A stretch of 63,580 nucleotides of DNA, counting the filler, from Reclinomonas americana ATCC 50394 (Eukaryota): NCBI GenBank assembly GCA_048213135.1. It is 6 parts of 3 records of this genome, joined end to end, with 100 filler letters (N's around TTAATTAATTAA, not from the genome) between each part and the next. Parts side by side here need not be neighbours in the genome. Positions count along the whole stretch, not along the records: positions 23,263 to 46,639 come from PS015280.1; 5 more parts are not named here. One strand, given 5' to 3'. The notes beneath the pieces were generated by a model. It searched no databases. It saw only the letters and a program-made list of their open reading frames with translations, and was not told where the DNA came from. A program made the position numbers and the translations under genes. Positions 23,527 to 37,325 of the stretch are shown here, piece after piece (within the stretch, counting starts at the first letter, position 1; each line of letters begins with the position of its first letter).

Positions 23527-26500
23527 GCAAGTGGGCACCACGAAGCTGCGCCTGGTCAGCATCTCGGGCCTTCTGCCACCCGCTATCACCGGCTTGGATC
23601 CGATGGCGGCCGTGATTGTCATGGTTCGCGTGCCACGCCGAGCGTTGCTTAGCCCTTACTCCGCGCGGAACTCACCTCCCACGATGTTAACTCACAGGGC
23701 CTGTACCTCAACCCCACCGACGTGGTGCAATTCTCGACGTCATCTACGTGCGCAACTGTCGCTGCCAAAGCGACATACATTGTGAAAACGAACCCGCAGC
23801 GCACCGAGTTGACGGCATCCATCGGCGGTTCAGGACTGGATCCTGCCGGCTCGCCGTACTACGTGTGCCTGCAAATCAGCAGCGACCTGCCGTCGTTGGT
23901 CCTGTCGTCACCCTCACTGGCCGTCGTCAGTGCGTTTTCTCCCACATTGCTTCCATTCCAGCTAGGTCGACAACTGATTGTTCTGTGTGAGCAGGTGCTG
24001 CGGTGCTGACGGGCTTCGCCCCCACCAGCATTCCGACATTGGATATTGGCGCCGTGCTCACTCTGTTGCGTTGCACGAGTGCAGAGAGATGTCTGAGGTG
24101 CCTTGCTCGTCCTCACTTTTGCTCACCTCTCTGTCGTTGGCGATCAGCACTGGAACTGGCCTGCGCACGACAGACACGATCATGTTCACACAAAGTGCGT
24201 GCATTGTAATAATTGCTGCCGATATTGTCGATTGCTCTACTTACTGGTGTTTGTTTCCTCTGAGCAGACACGTGCAGTGACACAGCGAATGTGTACACAT
24301 CGACTGGCCCGCGGCAAGTGATCATGGACAGCTATGCATATGCATCGAACGATGGCGGACCGAATCGCCGCATGATCATCACTGTTGGTGGGATTGGTTT
24401 GCCTGTGGGCAGCTCCCTCACGTCGCAGACGTACAAGATCTGTTACACTGGCTTTGTGTCCACGGGTACTGCCTCAGCGACACTGCTCTCGTCCCCGACT
24501 CTTACATCCGGTGTGTTTCACACATCTTCTGCTCTAAACCTATGTGTATATGCATGTTGGCGTGCATCGGCAACTCACTGAGCNNNNNNNNNNNNNNNNN
24601 NNNNNNNNNNNNNNNNNNNNNNNNNNNNNNNNNNNNNNNNNNNNNNNNNNNNNNNNNNNNNNNNNNNNNNNNNNNNNNNNNNNNNNNNNNNNNNNNNNNN
24701 NNNNNNNNNNNNNNNNNNNNNNNNNNNNNNNNNNNNNNNNNNNNNNNNNNNNNNNNNNNNNNNNNNNNNNNNNNNNNNNNNNNNNNNNNNNNNNNNNNNN
24801 NNNNNNNNNNNNNNNNNNNNNNNNNNNNNNNNNNNNNNNNNNNNNNNNNNNNNNNNNNNNNNNNNNNNNNNNNNNNNNNNNNNNNNNNNNNNNNNNNNNN
24901 NNNNNNNNNNNNNNNNNNNNNNNNNNNNNNNNNNNNNNNNNNNNNNNNNNNNNNNNNNNNNNNNNNNNNNNNNNNNNNNNNNNNNNNNNNNNNNNNNNNN
25001 NNNNNNNNNNNNNNNNNNNNNNNNNNNNNNNNNNNNNNNNNNNNNNNNNNNNNNNNNNNNNNNNNNNNNNNNNNNNNNNNNCGATGTTGACTGTGCATGT
25101 ACCGGCGCCGCCACTCGTGGTCGCCGCCGCCGTCGTTGAGTAGCCGCTGCCGGCAGCAAGCACAGCCACTGCCTGCACCGCACCGCTGCTCACTGCCAAC
25201 ACGATGACCTGACCGCCCGATCCACCACCACCACTGACGGTGAGTACGTCGCCCACAACATAGCCGGTGCCACCAGCGGCCACTGTAGCGCTCAGAATGC
25301 CGCTGCTGGAAAAGGAGCTGTCAACTGTAAGCCCAGCACCGCTGCCGCCGGCTGTCGTCAAGCCGTTGCCGAGTGAGTATCCCCACCCAGGGTTCCACAG
25401 CTGCACGGTCTTCACTTGGCCCACCTGAGTTCCACCAATCAACACGCACACCGTGTACGCTCCTGCGGATGTGACACAATGGGATCTTGGATCAGAAAAC
25501 ATATGTGGTCGGCCACATGCACAGCTGATTGCCACGAGTCACTCACCGTTACCGGTCGCATTAAGCGCAGCTGTGAACGTCTTCGACGAGATACTCAACA
25601 TACTCCCACTGCTCACTCCGGAGTGAGGACAGTCGTATCCAGCCACAATGTACGCCTTGTCACTCGCTCCCACACCACCAGTGATGGTGACCGTCGCGGC
25701 AGCTGTGTGAGTGTCAACGGCCCATTTGTCGATCTGGTAGAATGCCACTGCGGTGGTGCACATCATCCGCNNNNNNNNNNNNNNNNNNNNTATCAGGTGC
25801 TCTTTCCACTGTGAGTACTGGCATTCTGAGCGCTACTGTTGCCGTCGGCGGCTCTGGCTACGCTGCCGGTGACAAGCTCACTGTCAGCGGTGGTTCGAGC
25901 GGCCAGCTTGTTGTGCTGACAGTGAGCAGCAGCGGCGGTGCAGTGCAAACGGTAGCCGTGTATGCTGCAGGCTCTGGATATTCAACGGCGGCCGCAGCTA
26001 CTACGAGCGTCTCAAGTGGCGGACCTGGAACCGGCTGCACTGTCAATGTCATCTCTGGCTCACTTGCCACTGCATACACTGGCCTCGTTAGCGCCGCGGT
26101 TGCCGCTGGCGGCTCCGGCTACGCCGTCGGCGACCAGCTCACCGTCACCGGTGGCGGTGGTAGTGGCGGCAAGGTCTACGTGCTAACGGTCAGCAGCGGT
26201 GCGGTCCAGACGGTGGCTGTTTTTACTGCCGGTTCTGGATACGCGACGACGGCGGCGGCGACGACCACTGGCGGTGCTGGAACCTGCACGATCAACATCG
26301 TTTCTGGCACTCTTGGCTCTGTTGGCTCTGGTATTGTGAGTGCCACAGTGACCGCTGGTGGCTCTGGCTACGCTGTCGGCAACACGCTCACTGTCACCGG
26401 TGGCGGTGGGTCTGGTGGCACCCTTTCCGTGCTGGCAGTGAACAGCAGTGGTGCGGTGCAAGCTGTCGCTCTGCTTACTGCTGGTACCACGTACACGACG

Positions 26501-29500
26501 ACGGGAGCAGCCGCTACGACCGGAAGCGGATCCGGCTGCACTCTGAGTATCGTCTCTGGCGCCATGTCCACGGTCAGCACTGGCATTGTGAGTGCCACGG
26601 TGGCCGCCGGCGGTGCGAGCTACGCTGTCGGTGACACGATCACCGTCAGTGGCGGATCGGGCGGACAGCTTGTGGTACTGAGAGTGAGCAGTGGTGCGGT
26701 CCAGGCAGTGGCTGTGTTTACAACAGGCTCTGGATATACTACGGCTGCGGCGGCGGGCACCACTGGTGGTTCAGGATCCGGTTGCACCGTCAACATTGTC
26801 TCCGGCACTCTGGCTACTGTCAGCACTACCCTTGTGAGCGCCGCCGTAGTTGCTGGTGGCTCCGGACACGCTGTCGGTGACAAGCTTACAGTTGGTGGCG
26901 GATCGAGCGGGCAGGTGTACGTCTTGTCGTTGGGCACCGGTGCTGTGCAGACGTTAGCCATGCTGTCTCCCGGCTCTGGGTATTCAACGGCCACGGCTGC
27001 CAGCATTGCTACCACAAGTGGTGCTGGAAGTGGCCTTGCGGTCAACACTCTTTCTGGCACCACCTCCACTGCAAGCACTGCCATCCTCAGCGCCACGGTG
27101 GCCGCTGGCGGCTCCGGCTACGTTGTCGGCGATCGGCTCACTGTTAGTGGCGGATCAAGTGGCCAGGTCATCGTGTTGGCAGTGAGTGGCGGCGCGGTGC
27201 AAGCAGTGGCTGTGTATACAGCTGGCTCTGGATATTCAACGGCCACAGGCGTCAGCACTAGTGGTGGCTCTGGATCCAGCTGCACAGTCAACGTCGTGTC
27301 TACGGCTCTTTCTGCGGTGGGCACTGGTATTCTCAGTGCCACGGTGGCCGCCGGCGGCTCTGGCTATGCCGTCGGCAGTAAGCTCACCGTCAGTGGCGGC
27401 TCTGGCGGTCAACTTGTGGTGTTGGCAGTGAACAGCAGCGGTGCGGTGCAGGTGGTCGCCGTGTTTACCGCTGGGTCTGGATATTCAACCGCCTCAGGGG
27501 CTGCTACTACGTCCTCCGGATCTGGATCCAGTTGCACTGTCAATGTCGTCACTGGCACTCTCGCCACTGTATACACTGGCATCACGAGCGCCGCAGTGGC
27601 TGTTGGCGGCTCCGGCTACGCCGTCGGCGACCAGCTCACCGTCACTGGCGGTGGCGGATCTGGCGGCAAGGTCTACGTGCTGACGGTCAGCAGCGGTGCG
27701 GTCCAGACGGTGGCTGTTTTTACTGCCGGCTCTGGATACGCGACGACGGCGGCGGCGACGACCAGTGGCGGCGCTGGAACCTGCACGATCAATATCGTTT
27801 CCGGTAAGCTTGGCTCCGCTGTGGGCACTGGCATCCTCAGCGCCACCGTGACCGCTGGTGGCTCGGGCTACGCTGTCGGCAACACGCTCACTGTCACCGG
27901 CGGCGGTGGGTCTGGTGGCACCCTTTATGTGTTGGCAGTGAACAGCAGTGGTGCGGTGCAAGCAGTCGCTCCATTGGCTGCAGGTTCTAGCTATACGACG
28001 ACGGCAGCAGCTGCAACGACCGGAAGCGGATCCGGCTGCACCGTAAGTATCGTTTCTGGTGCCATGTCCTCAGTCAGCACTGGCATTGTGAGTGCCACGG
28101 TGGCCAATGGCGGTGCGAGCTACGCTGTCGGTGACACGATCACCGTCAGTGGCGGATCGAGCGGACAGCTTGTGGTACTGAGAGTGAGCAGCGGCNNNNN
28201 NNNNNNNNNNNNNNNNNNNNNNNNNNNNNNNNNNNNNNNNNNNNNNNNNNNNNNNNNNNNNNNNNNNNNNNNNNNNNNNNNNNNNNNNNNNNNNNNNNNN
28301 NNNNNNNNNNNNNNNNNNNNNNNNNNNNNNNNNNNNNNNNNNNNNNNNNNNNNNNNNNNNNNNNNNNNNNNNNNNNNNNNNNNNNNNNNNNNNNNNNNNN
28401 NNNNNNNNNNNNNNNNNNNNNNNNNNNNNNNNNNNNNNNNNNNNNNNNNNNNNNNNNNNNNNNNNNNNNNNNNNNNNNNNNNNNNNNNNNNNNNNNNNNN
28501 NNNNNNNNNNNNNNNNNNNNNNNNNNNNNNNNNNNNNNNNNNNNNNNNNNNNNNNNNNNNNNNNNNNNNNNNNNNNNNNNNNNNNNNNNNNNNNNNNNNN
28601 NNNNNNNNNNNNNNNNNNNNNNNNNNNNNNNNNNNNNNNNNNNNNNNNNNTACCGCCAGCGGCCACCGTGGCTCTCACGATGCCAGTGCTTACCGTGGCG
28701 GTAGTGCCCGACACTGTGCTGACTGTGCAGTCGATTCCGGCGCCGGTTGTTGCCGTAATACTGGCCGCCGGCACAGTAGAGTACCCGGATCCAGCAGCAT
28801 ACAGAGCCGCAGTGCGCACCGAACCGGTGCTCAACGTCAACACAATTGCCTGACCACCCGATCCACCACTGACGGTCACTGTGTCGCCGACGGCGTACCC
28901 GGAGCCAGCGGTGGAAACGGCAACACTCACAATCGCAGTGCTAACATTGGCAAGGGTGCCGGTGACAATGTTGACGGTGCAACCGGATCCTGAACCGCTA
29001 GAGGTGGTGGTGGTGGCCGCCGCCGCCGTTGCATATCCAGAGCCGGCAGTAGACACAGCCACTGCCTGGACCACNNNNNNNNNNNNNNNNNNNNCTGGCT
29101 ACGCTGTCGGTGACAAGCTCACGGTCACTGGCGGTGGAGGATCTGGCGGTCAAGTTGTGGTGCTGACAGTGAACGGCAGTGTGGTGGAGTCGGTGGCTGT
29201 GTTCGCTGCGGGCACTGGATATACAACGACATCGGCGGCGACCACCACCAGTTCCGGCACCGGGTCCGGCTGTACAGTCAACATTTTCTCCGGCGCTGTC
29301 TCGGCATTCACCATCAGTGCCGGCGGATTCGGCTATCAGGTCGGCGATATTATTGATGTGGTACAGACGAATGGTGCGAGTGGCCAGTTGCTGGTGGTGG
29401 AGACGAGCACGGGAACCAACTGGCGCAAGATTGGTGACACTGGTCGGCCGCCGACTCCGATTGTGGAGAGTTGCGTCTCTGATCATCTCTCGAGTTCTTA

Positions 29501-32410
29501 CGCAACGCTTATCTTGTGATCCGTTGTAGAGTATGCGTTTGAGCCGCGGATGATTCCCGAGTCGACTGTTGGTGCCGTGCTGACGCTGACTGGCTGGTCG
29601 GCGCTGACGGGTGTAAGTGTCAAAGACTGCGCGTCATCGACTGTATTGTGCACGGTGGCAGCTGGCGCAGACTGGGGGCCGACTAACTTGGCCTATTATG
29701 CTCTGTGCACGACGACCTCCGTCGCAGCGGTACGTGATGCGGCACTACGCGGTTGCACTTTTTTAGTTGTTGCTGAGTGTGGTCCATCCGTTCAGGGCAT
29801 CTACAATGCATGCATTGGGTCGACTCAAATCAATCAAAGCGGCTGGCCGCTGATTGTTGGCAAGTGCGGCTGGTACAATATCAACTTCCGACCGTCGCAG
29901 TACACCAATACGGTTCCGAACATCACCACGCGCGCTCAGAGTGCGGGCGCCTGTGCTGGTGTGTGTGTGTACCTGTTCTGTTTGTTTATGCTTCTTGTAA
30001 GCATGCAGGGGTCGGGACTGATCATTCGTTGATGTTGCAGGTGACACCACAATGGGATGCAAGTGGTACGGTTGTTGCCGCCTTCTGTGTCATTCGTATC
30101 ACCCTTGGCTGACTGTGTGTCCTTGCAGGTGCAACCAGGCAGGTCAGATTCGTGCACTGGGCGACTGGTCCAAGTCCACGCAGTCGTCGACGCGCGGTTA
30201 CTGCGTCAACTCGCTCACATCTTGTACTAGTGGCACTGGCATGACGGGCGCTGTGGACATGCTTGTCAACCAGGATGCAGTTGTGGCGTATCCGGTGCAC
30301 GACAAGTGGAAGGAGAATGGCGATCAGGTGTTGGAGGAGGTGTTCCCGAACCGTTTTGCATACTACAAAATCGCGCCACCACACCGGTGATTGACGATGA
30401 ATTGCCTCATCTCTTTTCTGTATCTCTCTTGATCTGACTGCTCGTACATGTGCTGTGCGCAGCAACTTCAATCTGCGCGTGTTGGCGCTGACCATCGACT
30501 ATCTGCGACTCGGCGACAATCTGGACCTGTACATTCAACGCAATGCGATTCCGACGACATCGTCGTGGGCGTTCACGTCCGTGCGCGAGAACAATCCATG
30601 GGAGATTGATGTGTATCAGGAGGACCTGGCTGCGAATGGTGCGCGCTATAAGGTGTCGAGCACTGTGATTTGTTCGCGTCGCTCACGCAGCTGCGTGTGT
30701 GTTATGCAGGATTGTGCACGACATCTGGGTGCAATCCATATTACATTGGCGTGATGGGCGACAATCAGTTCCCGCAGAAGAGTGGAGCGTCGGAGTATCA
30801 GATGCAAGTGTGGCTTGGTGCGGCATGTTGTCGGGGGTGTTCTCCCCGATACTTGCAGTTGATGTGTTGGCTGACATACTGCCTTTTTTTGTTCACCACC
30901 TTGCAGAGATGAATTTCACCGATTTCACTTGCGCTGACGCCATGAGTAACAACTGTCTGAACCTCAAGATTCGAGATGGAACTCCGGTGTCACCTGGAGT
31001 GACTGCCATGCTCCTGTCTACGGCCGACAGCAGTAGTTACACAGATGCGGTGACGGTGTGTTTCCTCGGTTCTTGTTTCACTGGGTGCACACGTACATGT
31101 ATGTAACAAGTGACATTGATTGGCATGCAGTTTGTGGCGGACGACTTGACGCCTGCGAACAATGTGATGCGGCTGGTGAAACAGAAGGCTGGATCGATCC
31201 TGTCGCTGACCGATCGCCATCGCCGCTCGCACGTGTACTACGGCGATCGACTGTTTTTGAAGAACGGGTTTGAGGCACGCTTCCGCTTCCGCATCTCGTC
31301 GCTGGGTCTGTGCACGGAGCTCGACGGGTGCGTGTGTGTTCGAATATGAGCTCGAGAGAGTTCCCAGAAACATTACTCTCTATGATGGTGGTCTGATGAC
31401 GTTGGCGCACGCAGATTCTGCGGTGGTGGTGACGGTTTCGCTCTTGTATTCGCCAAAAGCTCGGCAACTGCCGATCGAATTCCGTCGACGTGGGCGTCGG
31501 CGAGCAAGTTCGCTGTGGGCAAGGGCCTTGGATACGAAGGACTGTCGGACGTGCTGGCGATCGAGTTCGACACGTGGTTCAACAAGGACTACTACGACCC
31601 GAAACAGGTTGCGTTCTTGAGAAGAGTCACACGCGCGCTGTGCACGGGTGATCTCATCCGTGCTGCAGGGTGTTGAGCACTGGTGGATCAACTCAACCGA
31701 GTTCGTGAGCTACTCCGACAACCATTTGGCTGGTGAGCGTGCGGAGTGATGGAGATGTGTTCTCGGCAGTCGTGTTCTCACATGATGATGTGCGCAGTGT
31801 TCTCGTCGCTTCCTGGACAGCCGGTGCAGGCCGACCACTCGACAGACTCGCTCATTGGTACGACGCCATCGATTCCCAATTTGAGTGATGGCCAGATTCA
31901 CGAAGTGCGCGTGTGGTGAGTGCGACGCGGTGTTCGTGAATGGGACGTGACAGGCGATGGGCCGTTCTGTGTCGAACCAACCAACAAACACACACACACT
32001 GTGTGTGCGTCGTCGTGTAGGTACCTGCCGCCCATGTTTGGTCATGCGGGATCACTGTCAATCTTCATCGACAACACGGTGCGGCCTGTACTCGTGGTGG
32101 ACGTGACGTTGGACAGCGCGTACAGCTACTTCCCGAATCACTACATGATGCAGCGGGTGAGCACGACTGTGTTTGTGCCTGTTGTCGCTGCTGCCTGCTG
32201 ACCTGTTGAGCAACTGGCGCGCAGGGAGTGTTGACTTCGGATGGCTACGGCTACATGGGTTTCACAGCGGGAGTTGGCGATGTGACACAGACCGTGGACA
32301 TTCTGTCGTGGGCGTTCTGCCACAAACCGTTGCGTTCACTGCGACGGCTGTTGATCGCACAATGATGCTTATCACTTTGTTTTGTACGCAGCGGCTGTGT
32401 GGCCTACTGA
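23527..32410 (+). CDS. Large extracellular protein: beta-rich N-terminal region, GSGY repeat array, PPC-like domain, C-terminal legume (L-type) lectin-like domain. Contigs 25082-25770 and 28651-29074 are flipped.
   Basis: Lectin motifs GGDGFALVF, LGYEGLSDVLAIEFDTWFN, GYMGFTAGVG..DILSW; PPC-like DLYIQRNAIPT..YYIGVMG. Seamless junctions TVNI-V-SGAL (25082/25791) and GG-T-GY (28651/29095). Stop at 32408-32410. Confidence 0.75.
25082..29370. repeat. Coding tandem repeat, about 83 aa (about 250 nt) unit, at least 13 copies
   Basis: Unit SATVAAGGSGYAVGDxLTVSGGSGGQLVVLxVSSGAVQxVAVFTAGSGYxTxAAATTxGxGxGCTVNIVSGxLxTVxTGI. Confidence 0.95.
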
Positions 32411-32474
32411 GAGAGGCAGTTGTTTTCCTGATTACAATGTGAGCAGGTTGACTTGCTGTATTTTATACTCCACA

Positions 32475-33370
32475 AATGAAGCAACGCAACACAATCCTCC
32501 GCCTCCTCCGCACACAAACACGGTAGCATGTCTTGCACAGCTTCGCAGGCGAGCTGCGCAGTGGCCACGACCGAGGGCCACATGCGAACGCAACAATCGC
32601 TGCATCCAAACACAATCGAGGTGACGGCGACAGACGACACCGTGCCGCCCACATGAACTCGCGAACCTGCATGGCGGCTGCCACCGACCACACTCGCACG
32701 CTGCCGTCGTTGCCGGCGCTGACAAGAAGGTCGCTGTCGGCCGTGAATGCAAGCGATGTCACCTCAAACAGGTGTCCGACGAGAAGGCCTCGTACCGCTT
32801 CCAGGTCTCGCCTCGGTCTCGCATTCGCCGTCCCGAAACTCATGCACACGCACTCCGCTCTCCAGCAACCACACACACACAGTGTTGTCTCCACTGGCGC
32901 TCACAATGTGCTCCCCGTCGGGCGTCACCGCCACCGCATGCACCCAGTCCGCGTGTCCACGAAGACAGCGCACCTCCTCTCCCGATCTCGTCGACCACAC
33001 CCGCACAGTTTCATCGACACTGCCGCTGACAATGTGGCGTCCATCGGGCGACACTGCCACCGACAACACCGGCAACCAGTGACACTTGTGTGTCGACCAC
33101 AGGTGCTGCCCGCTCGCCAAGTCCCACACATGCACTGCAGTGTCTGTGCCGCCGCCCACCACACACACTCCGTCGGGTGTCACTGCCAGTGCACGGATCA
33201 TCTGCTGCATCTCGCATGCTGTGCGTGCACTCTGTCGTGACCACTGCTGACAAGATGTTCATTGTCGGGGGTGATGACCACCGACAAGACGGCGGCTTGG
33301 TGGCCGCGCAGTGCGTGTGCGTGCTGTGTGGGAAGGGGGGAGGGAGAGGGAGGATGAGCGAATGCACGAT

Positions 33371-33405
<35 letters not shown>

Positions 33406-33426
33406 CGGCGTGCAACTCACCAGCAT
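32475..33426 (-). pseudogene. Decayed duplicate of the WD40 gene at 20917-22155
   Basis: Long near-identical nucleotide stretches and the same first-intron position, but several internal deletions, including 134 nt (equivalent to 21391-21524), that shift the frame. Confidence 0.85.
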
Positions 33427-33472
33427 TTTGAAGAGGTGAGTGAATTTGAACGGCCTTGAACGTTGCGAAATC

Positions 33473-34396
33473 ATGGACGAGGAGAGAAGACAACGGCGAA
33501 TGCGACTTGCTCAGTTCCGTCTCCCTTTCTCCCTCTCTTGCCCTCTCTCTCTCATGCTGATGAGTTCCCTCACACAGAACACACCTGGCGGTGAACGAGA
33601 TTCACATGGAGCTCTTGCGAGAACAAAAGGTAGCATCACACACACGCACACACGTTCATCCTCTCTCACACTCTCCTCACACTCGCTCACAGGAGGGCCT
33701 GCTCGTTCTCCAACACCTGACACTCTCGCCTTCGAGTCCAGCACCATCGTCAGTGTCGCCCTCCTCAGCACCGCAATATCGACCACATCAGCAGAGTGTG
33801 TCACCTGCAGCCGCATTCACCACTGCCGCAGCACGGCAGTCACCGTTTGTTGGTTTGTGTATGTTGTGTGTGTCGCTTACGGGCGCACACTCATGTCGCT
33901 GAAAATCGCGACAGAATCATCATCAGCGACGACGACAACAACACCAACAGCAACAGGAGATCGACCGTGGCATCGACTGCACATTGTTCCACCAGCCTAC
34001 GCCTCGCCACCACAGCCTCCCGTGCTATCGCCACTGCTCCTGGCCTCACTATCACCGCCACCGCCACTGCCACCACCGCCGCCGCCACCGCCACCAGCAG
34101 CACAGCCGCTCATGTCGTCGGCGTTTCGTGTGGTGCGACCAGTGGGACTTGCGCCTGCACCGGCGCTCGGTGGGGTGGCGTTCTCCGACCCACATCCAGT
34201 CACGCGACCTCCATCCACCACGTCGTGGCTCTCGTCGACATCGTCTTCGGGGTATGCATCGTCGGCGTCGTCTATGCTCGGTTCGTTGTCGTCGTCGGTG
34301 GCGACGCCAGTGGCGTACTCAACTGGCCCGCGCTCCGTGCCGTCCAACCTCACTCCCACAAGTCGATTCCTGTCCGCGGCCACCACGCCACCGTGA
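33473..34396 (+). CDS. Hypothetical Pro/Ser-rich protein
   Basis: MDEERRQRRMRLAQ start; three plausible introns give a continuous low-complexity frame. Confidence 0.45.
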   Translation: MDEERRQRRMRLAQFRLPFSLSCPLSLMLMSSLTQNTPGGERDSHGALARTKGSITHTHTRSSSLTLSSHSLTGGPARSPTPDTLAFESSTIVSVALLSTAISTTSAECVTCSRIHHCRSTAVTVCWFVYVVCVAYGRTLMSLKIATESSSATTTTTPTATGDRPWHRLHIVPPAYASPPQPPVLSPLLLASLSPPPPLPPPPPPPPPAAQPLMSSAFRVVRPVGLAPAPALGGVAFSDPHPVTRPPSTTSWLSSTSSSGYASSASSMLGSLSSSVATPVAYSTGPRSVPSNLTPTSRFLSAATTPP

Positions 34397-34467
34397 CACG
34401 CATGTCTTTGAATGCGGAACTAGCGTTTCGCTCTGTTGTAGTTCTCTGATTTATAAATAAGGAGTCA

Positions 34468-37003
34468 TTATCGGTGTTGTTCCTGCTGTTGGTGACCCAC
34501 GATGTCGACTGACGCCGGCAGCGGTAATGACGACGATGGTTTGAGAGGTTCCGCTGCAAGATCCTTGTCGGCATGCGTCGAGGCGCCCGTAGCCGCCAGA
34601 CGCCGTAATATGATCAGCAGATAGACCAGGAACGGGAAGGCGAAGAGCATAAAGATGGGGCACAGCAGCAGCAGACTGCAGCGAGAGTGACAATTGATGA
34701 GAAGTGAAGGCGATGAGGTTTATCGTTGCCGACGTGCAACGTACCATGTGGAGCTCACTCCCTGTGCGACGCACACAAAACACAACAAATTGGTGTGCGG
34801 AGCGACGAGGAAACGGCGAAAAGGAGAGCACCCAATTCGTTACCTTGCCTGTCATGGTGGAATAGGCGAACGACACGGCCGAGATGCCGAGGTAGGTGAC
34901 CATGGAGTAGAAACCCATCTGTGTGTGTTCGTTTGTGAGCGACAGCGGTGGCGTCGTCGCATGTGGACACCTGCAAGCACACGCACCAGCTCGCCCTTCT
35001 TGCCCACTGGCGCCAGCTTGCTCATCAGCCCGCGAGACACGCTGGCGTTCCACGAGTACAAAAAGCCGCAGAAGAGCGCGCACGATAGAACGAGTGGGTA
35101 CGGCCAGTGTTCGCGCATGCCAATGTACATCAGCACAAAGGTGAGGACAAAAAGCACGTTCTGCAGCAGCAGGATGATGACTTCGTTGGCCTGCGGAAGA
35201 TGCCTTGATGAGTGTGGCAACAACGAAGAAATTACGAATAGAGCACATCACCTTTTTGAAGAACTGCTCAAAAATGATGCCGACAAAGACGCCAGTGACT
35301 GCACGCGTGCATGTTAGTTCGTCACGTGTCGATTGTAGGAATCAAAAAACACCTGCTCGCTCACCCATGGCAATCTTGTAATACAGATTGAGGCGTACTT
35401 CGTCTTGCAGGCTCATCTGCATTGCAGGCGGTGGTGAATTCATCTGCAGATAAAGTGCACACAAAACATGGCATCGACTCACCATGTACACCTCGATGAA
35501 CAGCGGCGTGATGTAGATGGTGAAGACGGTGCCGCCAGAGGCGTAGAACAAGTACGACACCAGGAACACCATGGTTTCCATGTATCTGTGTGAGAGTGCG
35601 CGCATCGAAAGTGAAACTGGCTGCTTCATCAAGCAGGCAAAGGACATACGCACCCAGGAACTCTCTTGAACATGCTCTGCACACAATGTAAGCGCCCAAG
35701 GCCGGCCGACAAGGCATGCACGCATGTCGACGTACCTTGAGGGTGTCCCACAGCGACAGAAACGTGACCACAGCAGCGCGTCGAAGCGAGTAGACTTGCT
35801 GGAAGGCGACAAACCCACCCTGCAAAGTGGAGAGACGAGTGAGATAAGAAGCGCATCTACAAGCCAGCAGCGAGCCTCTTCGCACCCGTGGTCGCGACGT
35901 GCTGTCGCGCGGACTCAGGAAAGTCATGCCCGTGGCCAGCAGAGCAAAGGAGGAGAAGATGAACAGCCTGCAAACACCCATGCAAACAGGAATGAGAGAG
36001 CATATTCTCGAGCATGCATCACATGAGAAAACGCACCACCAGTACTCGCGCGAGATGCCGGCCGACGGCGAAGGGATAATGTCGGCGCCAAGATCGAGCA
36101 ACAGCAGGAAGCCCATGTTCAGCACAAAGCCAGTGAAGTTGCCGAGCAGTGAAATGGCCGTTCGACGACTGTGCACACGAGATCAGTTCAGGTGACCAGC
36201 GCGCTTGCGCAGACGGAGGCACGCAACTGCGTCTCGAAAAAGGCGATTTGTGCGTTGTTGAGCATCACTGCCCACCTCTGTGAATTCGACACGAGTGGAG
36301 GGTGGGATGAGTCAATCGGGAAGGAAGGAGTGAAAGAGCGGGGTATCATTCAGGCGGCGCACCAGGAAAAACATGGCCATGATATACAGAGCCTCGTCGA
36401 CATGCAACTGCGTGTGCACATCGCTCGCAGTGGCAGCGGCCATGAACGAAAAGGTGACACCGACACCGGTGAATGCGGTGATCATCTGCAACGGCACGAA
36501 ACACATGATGGTGTGAACCACACAGCAGCTGTCTGTCATTCCCTGCCCAGCCAACTCACCAGCGTCACATAGATTGTCTGCGACAGATCCGCCACACCGC
36601 CCAAGTACGGCAGTAGAATGGCGGAGATGAGCGTCGTAATGGTGTTCATGCGACTGAAGGAGGCCGAGTACTGCTCCTTGGGCACGAGACTCTCCAAAAT
36701 CTAAATGATCACACGCATGCACAACAAACAATCAATGACTGTGGTGCATTCTCGCGTGCTGGTATTCCTGTTCACCTTTGGAAAGAGCGCGCTAAAGACC
36801 ACCGTGTTGAGCACGTTGAAGCACACATTGAAGGAGACCCAGCCAATCACTGAGCGATCACACGCCCAACATCTCCGACTGCGACGCTGCTGCAGGCTTG
36901 GTGTCTCGCCCTCTGTCGACGATGCAGGCAACAGTGGCTGCTGTTCGCCAACAGAGACCACGGTGGAGGCCTCGTCGGCAGTGTTGATTGCGGCCTTGTG
37001 CAT
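34468..37003 (-). CDS. MFS transporter, ATG22/UMF1-like
   Basis: Many TM exons; IGWVSFNVCFNVLNTVVFSALFP, LPYLGGVAD, FLVSYLFYASG, SVSRGLMSKLAPVGKKGELMGFYS. Confidence 0.8.
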
Positions 37004-37325
37004 TGGATTGTGAGGAAGGCGAAGGAGCAGGACCGATGAATGAACGGCGGTGTTTTGTTGCAACAACAGCAGCAACAGCAACTATGATTGCTTGTAGCAC
37101 ACAAGCGTATAATGTCTTGGCGACCATGAAGGGCACTGCAGAGTTTGCGATCGACGTTTCGATCGCGACGTCGAGATCGGAGAAACGCGTGCGCCTTCTT
37201 ACTGTCACCTTGTGTTTCCCACGCCATGGCCTGCGTTACAGCCACCTTCTGTAGACCCTACAAGTGGAAAACGAGCAACAGCTGGCGTGTTGGCGTCGTT
37301 CACTCATGTCCTGCAAAATTCCAAT

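Noticed and set aside
25791..28195. Repeat array as CRISPR, a prophage or a bacterial contaminant
   Set aside because: It is a single protein-coding frame that joins spliceosomal-intron-containing exons on both sides.
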